Below, piece by piece: positions 36,215-44,366 of a DNA stretch of 44,380 nt (position 1 is the stretch's first letter; each line of letters starts with the position of its first letter). The translations under genes and the position numbers were made by a program. Source of the DNA: an uncultured Eubacteriales bacterium. Lineage in GTDB: Bacteria > Bacillota > Clostridia > UBA1381 > UMGS1253. The notes under the pieces were generated by a model. That model did no database searches. It had not been told where the DNA came from and worked only from the letters and a program-made list of their open reading frames with translations. Location: contig URQR01000001.1 in assembly GCA_900550065.1 (NCBI GenBank), positions 1 to 44,380 of the forward strand. The letters run 5' to 3'.

Positions 36215-37081
36215 ATGCTGATTAACATGAAAGAGCTGCTCACTGTAGCAGACAAAAACGAATTCGCTGTGCCGGCGTTTAACATCGGCAGCGGGTCAAT
36301 CCTGCGCGGCGTAGTGGAGAGCGCGAATGAAAAGAAAGCGCCGGTCATTTTGGCGATTCACCCCACGGAGTTAGAGTTTTTAGGCGACAGCTTTATCAAA
36401 ACCTGTATCGACGAGGCGCACAAGTCGTGCGTGCCAATGGTGATCCATCTTGATCACGGCGGCAAGTTTGAAGAGGTACTGCGCGCGATTCGCTGCGGCT
36501 TTACATCGGTTATGATTGATGCGTCGCACATGTCGTACGAGGACAACGTTGCCATCACGAAAAAGGTGGTTGAGGTTGCGCACCCACTCGGCGTTTCTGT
36601 CGAGGCGGAGCTCGGCACAATTGGTAACGTGGGCAATTCCTATGAGGGCGGCGCGGACGAGATTATCTACACCGACCCGGCACAGGCAAAGGACTTTGTG
36701 GAAAAGACGGGCATTGACACGCTTGCGGTTGCAATCGGTACGGCGCACGGCATTTATCCGAAGGACAAAAAACCGGAATTGAAGCTTGACCTTTTAAAGA
36801 CCATCCGCGACACGGTTCACATTCCGCTTGTCCTGCACGGCGGCTCCAGCAACCCGGACAATGAAATTGCCGAGTCTGTACGGATTGGTATTTCCAAAAT
36901 CAATATATCCAGCGACATCAAGGAGGCGTTCTACCAGAAGTGCCGCGAGGTACTCGACCAGAACCCCGACTGGCGCGAGCCGAACGCGATTGACCCGCCG
37001 TGCATCGAGGCGATGAAGAAGGTCATCGAATTCAAGATGGAGCTGTTTAATGACATTGGTAAGGCAGAGCTTTACAAATAA
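36215..37081 (+). CDS. class II ketose-bisphosphate aldolase, copy 2
   Basis: FAVPAFNIGS, IHLDHG, EAELG, IGTAHGIY and LVLHGGSS. AGGAGG RBS. Confidence 0.85.
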   Translation: MLINMKELLTVADKNEFAVPAFNIGSGSILRGVVESANEKKAPVILAIHPTELEFLGDSFIKTCIDEAHKSCVPMVIHLDHGGKFEEVLRAIRCGFTSVMIDASHMSYEDNVAITKKVVEVAHPLGVSVEAELGTIGNVGNSYEGGADEIIYTDPAQAKDFVEKTGIDTLAVAIGTAHGIYPKDKKPELKLDLLKTIRDTVHIPLVLHGGSSNPDNEIAESVRIGISKINISSDIKEAFYQKCREVLDQNPDWREPNAIDPPCIEAMKKVIEFKMELFNDIGKAELYK

Positions 37082-37128
37082 ACCGCGCTTTTCAGCCATC
37101 CCCTCACAGTTGGCTGTGGCGATAACGG

Positions 37129-37159
37129 CGCCCGCAGGGTTTTCTGCGGGCGTTTTTTT
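37129..37159 (+). terminator. rho-independent terminator of the PTS/aldolase operon
   Basis: cgcccgcag-ggtttt-ctgcgggcg followed by TTTTTTT. Confidence 0.75.
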
Positions 37160-37361
37160 ATGTACGCGCCTCCTCCGGCTCCTCGCGCGCCGTCCAGTGC
37201 GGACACGTCTGGCCCGGGTCGCGCTGCTTAATGCGCGGGTACACGCAGTGGCCGTAGTGCAGAGATGTGAAGCGTCCGGCTTCGTAGCGCACATAGTGCC
37301 GGCGATAGTGCTTGCATGTGCCGCAGACGGTTTGTTCGACGATTTTGTATTTCTTTTTCAT
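37158..37361 (-). CDS. small Cys/His-rich hypothetical protein (zinc-ribbon-like)
   Basis: MKKKYKIVEQTVCGTCKHY...HYGHCVY...CPHW. ATG at 37361 follows GAGGTG. Confidence 0.5.
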   Translation of the reverse strand: MKKKYKIVEQTVCGTCKHYRRHYVRYEAGRFTSLHYGHCVYPRIKQRDPGQTCPHWTAREEPEEART

Positions 37362-37469
37362 AAAAATCACCTCTGCCAACAGTCTATCATAAATATTTAG
37401 CAAATTTGTTCGGAATGCCGAACAACTGCGGTTTTTCGTTAAAATATTTTTGATTTTTTTGTAGTATCC

Positions 37470-37498
37470 TTTACTTTACCGTTTAAACCTGCTACAAT
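37470..37498 (+). promoter_or_regulatory. putative promoter of the riboswitch leader
   Basis: TTTACT, a 17-nt spacer, then TACAAT, about 25 nt upstream of the aptamer P1 stem. Confidence 0.4.
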
Positions 37499-37520
37499 AA
37501 AGCTGTAAAACCAAATATAA

Positions 37521-37695
37521 ATACGGCGGGGCATATTTTTTTTGGAAGTCCGGTGCAAGTCCGGCGCTGTGTCTCGGCAACCGTGAAGCCAACGAACGGG
37601 CCACGTACAATATGTACAGTCACTGGGGGACAACCCTCGGGAAGGCGGCCCAAGTAGGTTAGAAAGGCAAAGCCGGTAGACGACCTTAGCCGTAT
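37521..37695 (+). promoter_or_regulatory. cobalamin (B12) riboswitch aptamer
   Basis: GGAAGTCCGGTGCAAGTCCGGCGCTG core, CACTGGGGGACAACCCTCGGGAAGGCGG, and the B12-box-like AGCCGGTAGACGACCTTAGCC. P1 pairs atacggc (37521-37527) with gccgtat (37689-37695). Confidence 0.8.
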
Positions 37696-37770
37696 GCAGC
37701 TGTTCTCTGGGGCGGAGCAATGCAAAACAAGGCGGAACTGTACGGACAGTACGGGGCCGGTCTTTGTTTG

Positions 37771-37795
37771 CGCGCGCCGTGGGCGCGTTTTTTTG
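37771..37795 (+). terminator. expression-platform terminator of the riboswitch
   Basis: gcgcgcc-gtg-ggcgcg followed by TTTTTTT, about 45 nt upstream of the ATG at 37839. Confidence 0.7.
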
Positions 37796-37838
37796 TTGCC
37801 TTTTGGAAACGGCAAAAAAGAAAAGGGGGCAACCACAA

Positions 37839-40800
37839 ATGAAACGAAACCATATGCGGCTGATGAGCCTGTTGCTTGCGCTGATGGTGCTGTGTTCCGC
37901 TGTGCCGGCGGCTTCGGCGGCGGACAGTGCACAGGCCGGCGCAATAACGGTCAGCGTCAGCTTTTACGACGGCGCGAACACGCAGTTTTTGTCCGGGCGC
38001 GAACAGGAAACGCTGGCGCCGGGCCTTGCGGCAAGCTACGGCTATACGTCAGCGGCGCTGACGAAGCACGCGGGCGAGGTAACGGTGTTCGACGCGCTGG
38101 TACAGGCGCATGTGCGTCTGCTGGGCGAGGCGTTCACACCGGAAATGAAGGACGACTTCCTGTCGCTGAGCAGCAGCGGTATGCTGACAAAAGTGATGGG
38201 CGAGGGCGGGGCGTACGGCCCGCCGTTTGGCTTTATGGTAAACGGGCGCACACCGAATGACGGCGTATATAACGAAGTGTTCGGCTCATATACCGGCTAC
38301 ACAGCGGATGATGCAGTCCTGCGCGACGGCGATGTTGTCGAACTCTTCTTTTATCAGGACCAGTCGTTCTGGGGCGATACATACACATGGTTTGACAAAA
38401 CGGAGGCCACGGTGCAGGCGGGTGCGCCGCTTGAGCTGACGCTGTCCGGATATATGGCGATGTTTGGGGTATATACGGAGCAGGTCATCGCGGGCCGCAC
38501 AGAGCCTGTAGCAGAAGTGGAAATTGTGCGCGGTACGTCGGCGGAGACGCTGTCGAGCACGGGACTTACGACGGATGAAAACGGAAAAGTGACGCTGACG
38601 TTTGATACGCCGGGAACATATATCGTGTCGGCAATCGGCGAAGAATACGCCGAGCTCGTTGCGCCGTGGTGCGTTGTAACGGTGAAAGCGCCGTGCGTGC
38701 GTGCGTCGCTGCGGGCACAGGCGGCGGGGGCGTTTTTGCTGCCGGAGCAAACGGGAGAAATTCCGGCCGGTCTTGCGGCAAAGTATGGTTATCAGAACGC
38801 CGCCTCAGTCACGGGCGTCAGTGCGCTCGACGCACTGGTACGTGCGCATGAGCTGCTGTTTGGTGAGATGTTTACACCGGAAACCGCGGGCGAGCTTTTG
38901 GCGGTGAACAATGGCTCGATAAGCCGTGTGTTCGGTGAGGACACTACAAACTTTGGCTTCACGGTCAACGGTGTGCAGCCGCACGGTGACACGTGGACAG
39001 AAGGGGGCGGCGGCTACCCGGGCTACTACAACGCGTATGCGGTGCATGAGGCGGCGCTCTCGGACGGCGATGCGGTTGAGTTTTTCCTGTATCAGGATTC
39101 GTACGGGCTTGACTTGTATTCTTGGTTTGAGCAGGAGGGGAAAAAAGTAAACGCGCTCACGGTAAAAGAGGGTGCGCAGGCTACACTCAAACTTTCAGGC
39201 TACAGCATTGGCTGGTACGGCGCGAGCGATGCCGTGATGATTGAGAGTATGACAGAGGCGGTCGCGGACGCGCAGCTCGCGTTCGTGGACGAATATGGCA
39301 ATATTACGGATATTACAGGAAAATTCACAGATGAAAACGGCGAAGCAACGCTCACGTTCGACACGCCGGGCAATTATGTCCTTACGGCTTATATTACGGA
39401 GGAGGACATCGCGGAGTATTACGCAACGCCGATTCTGATGCCGTGGCTGACGGTGGAAGTGCAGGAGCAGACCGAGGCGGAAAAGGCAGCGGCCGACCTT
39501 GCGCTGCTGTATGAGGCGTTTCATGGAACATACACTGCGTCTAAGCCGCTCGAATTTCCTTATGGGACGGACGAGGGGCAGTTTACAAACGCGCTAGCGT
39601 TTATAAAGAGTAAGGCGGCGGAACTTTTGCCGCACCGCACGGCGGACGAGATAACGATTGAGGCGAATATGACGACGCTGCCCGGCACAGTCGGCGCAGG
39701 CACGGCGATTGAGGCTAAGACGATGGACGCAATGGGCAACATTACGCCCGTGTACAGCGAAGCGGCAACAAAACCCGCTCTGATGAGCGTATATTTTGGA
39801 ATCGGCGCGCAGAAGTCGGGCAAAATCAATACGATTTATTTGTCTGTAGCACCGCTCACGGCGGACGCGCAGAAGAGGACGGAACTTGAGGCAAGTGCGA
39901 TTACATGGGATTCCATCCGCGGGAAAAACACGTCGCCGGATTCTGTGACGCAAAGTGTTGGCAAGCTGTCCGGCTCTACGGTCGGCGCGCTGTCGAATAC
40001 GCCGGCGATCTTTAAAAACGGTGTGAGTATTACGTGGAGTTTGACGCATACGGCTGGGACTGCGGGTGCGCTTACGCTCGACAGTAGCAGGAAAACGGCT
40101 GTTCTGCGCCCGAACGTGGGCGAGGCAGACGGCAAATACCGCCTGACTGCCACGGTGGCGAGCAAGGCCGAGCCGGAGGTTATAACAACGGCAGACTTTG
40201 ACCTTACTGTGCCGGCGTTTGCGCCTGCTGCGGCGGAATTTGCTGTATCGCCGGCTGATTTGACGCTTGCGGTAACAGACAACTATTATAAAAAAGCAGT
40301 CGATGAAAAATATATCACAATAGAGGAAGATGGCGCACGCCGGCATTATACGCTGCACGCAGGTGCGACGGGAGCGGCGCAGTCCTATGCATATACGGCT
40401 TCAAGAGAGGGCTATATTACAAAATCGGGGAGTGTTTCTGTGTCCGGCGACAGGACGGAGCCGGTGGAAATTGCGCTGACGGCCTCGTCGGAGCAGGACA
40501 CGAAGCTGAAATCGCTCGATGTGACAAGCCCGGCTCCTGAGGCGGCGAGCATTAAGGCGCCGATGGAGGCGTTTAACCCTGATACAGCGGCATATACGAT
40601 GACGGTGGGCGCGCTCGATTCTATCACGCTTGCGCCGTCGGCGTTTGTCGGAGAGGCGAAGGTAACTGTAACGCGCCATAGCTCCACCGCAAACGCCAAT
40701 AAGGGCACGACGACAGATACTACAGTTGCAGCTGGTAAGACGGCGGCCTGCTACTTAAAGACGGACGGGACGCCGACGGTTATCACGGTCACTGTGACCG

Positions 40801-43800
40801 CGCCGGAGGGCAGTACCCAAGAGATAACAACGCGCCAGTATACGCTGACCGTAACGCGCACAAATGAGGAGCATACGCTTAAAGCGATTGCGGTTTCGAC
40901 GAAGAGCACGGACGAGGGCGGCAAGAATGGGCGCGCCGTACCGCCGGAAGAGATATTGACGCCCACGCTCGACAAGGGCGGTCTTGCGGATAGGTACACC
41001 TGCTATGTCAACCACTACTGCGAGTCAGTACAAATTAAGCCCACGGCGGTGAAGGCGTCCGATATTAAAGAAATCAAAGTAAACGGCGAGGCGGTTGCCT
41101 CGGGCAAAAACTCGGACGATATTGCGCTTGCATATGGCAACAACCAAATTGAAATAGAAGTAACGAAAAACGACGGCATACAGGAAACGTATCACTTGAT
41201 TGTGCGGCGTAAGCAGGACGCGATACTGAGCGGCTTTGCCGTTACGGGCGGCATCGTGACCGCACCGGTTTCTAAGTGGACGGCGAGCGCCAACTTTGCG
41301 TACAGCGCGCAGACAGTTACGCTGGCGTTTGACGCGCCGGAGTGCAGCACAATCACGGTAGAAGGCGTAGAGGGAACCTATGCGCCGGGCGAGCCGGTTC
41401 TGATTCCGGTTGGGGACGAAAAAACGCGGATGATTACGGTATCTGTGCGCAAGGAATTTGAAGAAGACGGACAGACTTATACCGATCATCACGCCTATGT
41501 CATTGGTCTGTACCGGATGGCGGCGGCCGCGCCGTCGGCGGTGGAGGCGTATTTGCCCGCGCCGGGCCAGTTTGTAAACCAGGACGCGTATCAAAACCCG
41601 GAAAAGACACTTGCCGGAGCGAGCGGCGGCGCGGTGACGCTCGGGTCGTTCGGCGGCAGCATTGTATACCGCTTTGATGAGCCGATTAAAAACGACGAAA
41701 AAAACCCATACGGCGTAGACTTCATTGTCTTTGGCAATGCATTTGCCAATGCGGACGGCACAAGCAGCGCAAGCGCGGCGGAACCGGGCGCGGTCATGGT
41801 GTCGAAGGACGGGCAGACATGGTACGAGCTGGCGGGCAGTATGTACTATGATGCGAACACGCGCCATAATATCAGCGTGACCTATGAAAACCCCGACCCT
41901 GCGTTTTCCGGCGCAGCAGATATTTCGTGGACGGACAGCGAAGGCAATACGGGCGTGCTCGCGAAAAATGCATTTCATACCCAGCCGTACTATCCCAACC
42001 CGGCATACTTTGGAAGCTATAACACGCGCCTAGGAAAAAATGACACCTATACGGCACAGACAATGACGGTAGCGGGCGGCACGGTGTTCGGCAGCGCACA
42101 TTCGCCGGCGTATGGCTACGCCGATACACATGCGGCGGCCAGCACGGTAAGCAACCTTGCCGTAAATCCCTACCGTGAAAACCACTATAAGGCCGCAAAC
42201 GGCGACGGCATGGACCTGTCTTGGGCGGTCGATGAAAACGGGAACCCGGTTGCGCTTGATGAGATAAGCTATGTTAAGATCTATAACCCGACCCTATATG
42301 TGGGTGGGACAGGCGAGCTTTCGCCGGAAATTACGGGCGTCTTGCGCGCGCAGGCGAGCGATACGGCGGTCGGCAAAACGCAGGATTTGACCGCGCTGTC
42401 GATGAACGGAAAGGAAATCGCGCTGAAGCCGGGCGTATATACCTACAGCTTTGACAGCGAAGGCGCTGCGGCGCTCACGGTGGGAGCAGACTGCGGCGAA
42501 GCGGCGAATATCTATGTGGGCGACACGTATATCCCGTCGGGGTCTGTGACGCCGGCGTTCCTTGCGGGCGATAAGGTACGCGTCGTTGCACAGGCGGGCG
42601 AAAAGGAGCCGGTTATTTACACCATCACAATCGAAGGCGCGGGCGCATCCGCCGCAAACGCGGACCTGTCCTCTGTGACAGTGATTCCGGGCGACATTGC
42701 GGCGCGCTCTGACGGCGACGCGGGCTTTAGAGCGACTGTGCCGTATGAGACCAGCAGTATCCGCATTTGCGCCGTGCCGCTCAATGCAAAAGCGTCAGTA
42801 CAGGTGCAGGAGGAACCGCTTAGCGCAGACAGCGGATGGGTTGGTACACAGTCTATCTCGCTTACGGCGGGAAAGACGCTCGACATTCCCGTTACTGTCA
42901 TTTCACAGGATAAAACGATAGTCGAGCAATATACCGTAAGCGTAACGCGTAAAGCGTCGGGCGGCGGTTCCGGCGGGACGGAAACGGATACAATCAGCGT
43001 ACGGTTCTCGTTAATTGGCGATAGTAAGCACGCTGCGGCGGCACATACGAAGTTTGAGACGTGGCTTGCGCCGAAAACGTATCAGATTCCGAAGGGATCA
43101 AAGGTAAAATACTTAACGGATAAAGTCTTGATTGAAGCAGGGATTCCGTTTAAGACCGACGCAAAGGGAACGTATATCACAGAGATTAACGGCCTCGGCG
43201 AGTTGGACAATGGGCCGCTGTCCGGCTGGATGTATACCATCAACGGTACGCACAAAGATATCAATGGCTATGCATCGCAAACGCTGTTCGACAATGATGT
43301 GGTCGTATGGCACTATTCGGACGACTATACGAAAGAGGACGGCAGTATTGACGACGACGGCGGCAAAGGTAACGGTGGCTCCGGTACGGCCCAGACGGAC
43401 GATACGGCGTCGGTCGTGTCCGGCTCGACAGTTTCGCCAAAGGTGACGGCAAAAAATAACGCCGCTTCGGTCACAGTTGCGTCCAAGTATATTACGGCGG
43501 CGCTGAAAAATACCGCTTCGGACGGACAGCTCACAATCGCGCCGAAAATTACCGGCGCGGCGGACAGCGTATCAGTGACACTTACGGCGAAGGATGCAGC
43601 GAGCGTTGCGGCGAAAGCGGGCAGTTTAGCGGTAAAGACGGAATTTGCCGTGGCTGTTCTGCCGAAGCAGTCGCTTGCGGCAATAAATTCAGGCGATGTG
43701 ACCGTAATACTCAGCAAAAACACAGACGGCACAGTTACAGCGTCGCTCACCTGTGGCGGCAAAGCGGTAGAACGCTTATCCGGCGGTATGCGCATTGCGC

Positions 43801-44366
43801 TGTCTGCGCCGCAGGAGGCGGTGCCGGTGGCTGTGCTTGCCGGCGGCGATAAAATACTTACTAAGTCCGCATTGATAGACGGAATGCTGTGGATACTGGC
43901 GGACGGCCCTGTAACAATTAAGCTGACAGAGAATGAAAAGCTGTATACCGACGTGAGCGGACATTGGGGCGCGGCGGACGTCGCGTTTGTATCGGAGCGC
44001 GGCCTATTTTTGGGCGTGGACGATACGCGTTTTGACCCGGACGGGGCTATGACGCGTGCAATGCTTACCACGGTGCTATACCGTCTGGAGGGCGAGCCGG
44101 ACGGCGCGGCAGGGAAACGCTTTGACGACGTTGCGGCGGACGCGTGGTACGCGCGTGCGGTGGCATGGGCGGCGGAAGAGCAAATCGTACTGGGGACGGA
44201 CAACGGCTTTGACCCGGAGGGCACGATTACCCGCGAACAGCTCGCGGCGATGCTGTGCCGCTATGCGGCGTATCTCGGACTGGACACGTCCGCGCGGGGC
44301 GGCCTTTGCGCGCGAGCAGCGCATATCCTTTCATATGCCCGTACACGGCGGGGGCATGCTATTTGA
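37839..44366 (+). CDS. giant secreted SLH-anchored surface protein with three transcobalamin-like (DUF4430-type) modules, cadherin-like beta-sandwich repeats and an unassigned central domain
   Basis: Start is the ATG at 37839 after AAAAGGGGG. Signal peptide MKRNHMRLMSLLLALMVLCSAVPAASA|AD. DUF4430-like signatures: FGFMVNG..RDGDVVELFFYQD, FGFTVNG..SDGDAVEFFLYQD and GWMYTINGT....FDNDVVVWHYSDDY. SLH domains: YTDVSGHWGAADVAFVSERGLF and FDDVAADAWYARAVAWAAEEQIV. The ORF-track N-terminal 25 codons run through the terminator and are rejected. Confidence 0.85.
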   Translation: MKRNHMRLMSLLLALMVLCSAVPAASAADSAQAGAITVSVSFYDGANTQFLSGREQETLAPGLAASYGYTSAALTKHAGEVTVFDALVQAHVRLLGEAFTPEMKDDFLSLSSSGMLTKVMGEGGAYGPPFGFMVNGRTPNDGVYNEVFGSYTGYTADDAVLRDGDVVELFFYQDQSFWGDTYTWFDKTEATVQAGAPLELTLSGYMAMFGVYTEQVIAGRTEPVAEVEIVRGTSAETLSSTGLTTDENGKVTLTFDTPGTYIVSAIGEEYAELVAPWCVVTVKAPCVRASLRAQAAGAFLLPEQTGEIPAGLAAKYGYQNAASVTGVSALDALVRAHELLFGEMFTPETAGELLAVNNGSISRVFGEDTTNFGFTVNGVQPHGDTWTEGGGGYPGYYNAYAVHEAALSDGDAVEFFLYQDSYGLDLYSWFEQEGKKVNALTVKEGAQATLKLSGYSIGWYGASDAVMIESMTEAVADAQLAFVDEYGNITDITGKFTDENGEATLTFDTPGNYVLTAYITEEDIAEYYATPILMPWLTVEVQEQTEAEKAAADLALLYEAFHGTYTASKPLEFPYGTDEGQFTNALAFIKSKAAELLPHRTADEITIEANMTTLPGTVGAGTAIEAKTMDAMGNITPVYSEAATKPALMSVYFGIGAQKSGKINTIYLSVAPLTADAQKRTELEASAITWDSIRGKNTSPDSVTQSVGKLSGSTVGALSNTPAIFKNGVSITWSLTHTAGTAGALTLDSSRKTAVLRPNVGEADGKYRLTATVASKAEPEVITTADFDLTVPAFAPAAAEFAVSPADLTLAVTDNYYKKAVDEKYITIEEDGARRHYTLHAGATGAAQSYAYTASREGYITKSGSVSVSGDRTEPVEIALTASSEQDTKLKSLDVTSPAPEAASIKAPMEAFNPDTAAYTMTVGALDSITLAPSAFVGEAKVTVTRHSSTANANKGTTTDTTVAAGKTAACYLKTDGTPTVITVTVTAPEGSTQEITTRQYTLTVTRTNEEHTLKAIAVSTKSTDEGGKNGRAVPPEEILTPTLDKGGLADRYTCYVNHYCESVQIKPTAVKASDIKEIKVNGEAVASGKNSDDIALAYGNNQIEIEVTKNDGIQETYHLIVRRKQDAILSGFAVTGGIVTAPVSKWTASANFAYSAQTVTLAFDAPECSTITVEGVEGTYAPGEPVLIPVGDEKTRMITVSVRKEFEEDGQTYTDHHAYVIGLYRMAAAAPSAVEAYLPAPGQFVNQDAYQNPEKTLAGASGGAVTLGSFGGSIVYRFDEPIKNDEKNPYGVDFIVFGNAFANADGTSSASAAEPGAVMVSKDGQTWYELAGSMYYDANTRHNISVTYENPDPAFSGAADISWTDSEGNTGVLAKNAFHTQPYYPNPAYFGSYNTRLGKNDTYTAQTMTVAGGTVFGSAHSPAYGYADTHAAASTVSNLAVNPYRENHYKAANGDGMDLSWAVDENGNPVALDEISYVKIYNPTLYVGGTGELSPEITGVLRAQASDTAVGKTQDLTALSMNGKEIALKPGVYTYSFDSEGAAALTVGADCGEAANIYVGDTYIPSGSVTPAFLAGDKVRVVAQAGEKEPVIYTITIEGAGASAANADLSSVTVIPGDIAARSDGDAGFRATVPYETSSIRICAVPLNAKASVQVQEEPLSADSGWVGTQSISLTAGKTLDIPVTVISQDKTIVEQYTVSVTRKASGGGSGGTETDTISVRFSLIGDSKHAAAAHTKFETWLAPKTYQIPKGSKVKYLTDKVLIEAGIPFKTDAKGTYITEINGLGELDNGPLSGWMYTINGTHKDINGYASQTLFDNDVVVWHYSDDYTKEDGSIDDDGGKGNGGSGTAQTDDTASVVSGSTVSPKVTAKNNAASVTVASKYITAALKNTASDGQLTIAPKITGAADSVSVTLTAKDAASVAAKAGSLAVKTEFAVAVLPKQSLAAINSGDVTVILSKNTDGTVTASLTCGGKAVERLSGGMRIALSAPQEAVPVAVLAGGDKILTKSALIDGMLWILADGPVTIKLTENEKLYTDVSGHWGAADVAFVSERGLFLGVDDTRFDPDGAMTRAMLTTVLYRLEGEPDGAAGKRFDDVAADAWYARAVAWAAEEQIVLGTDNGFDPEGTITREQLAAMLCRYAAYLGLDTSARGGLCARAAHILSYARTRRGHAI

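Noticed and set aside
37764-37838. The N-terminal 25 codons of the ORF-track version of the giant protein. ORFs 37492-37944 (minus strand) and 37694-38260 (plus strand) also cross the leader.
   Set aside because: This stretch contains the riboswitch terminator hairpin and its T-tract. A proper RBS, ATG and signal peptide begin at 37839. The other ORFs overlap the riboswitch and are Arg/Gly-rich artefacts.
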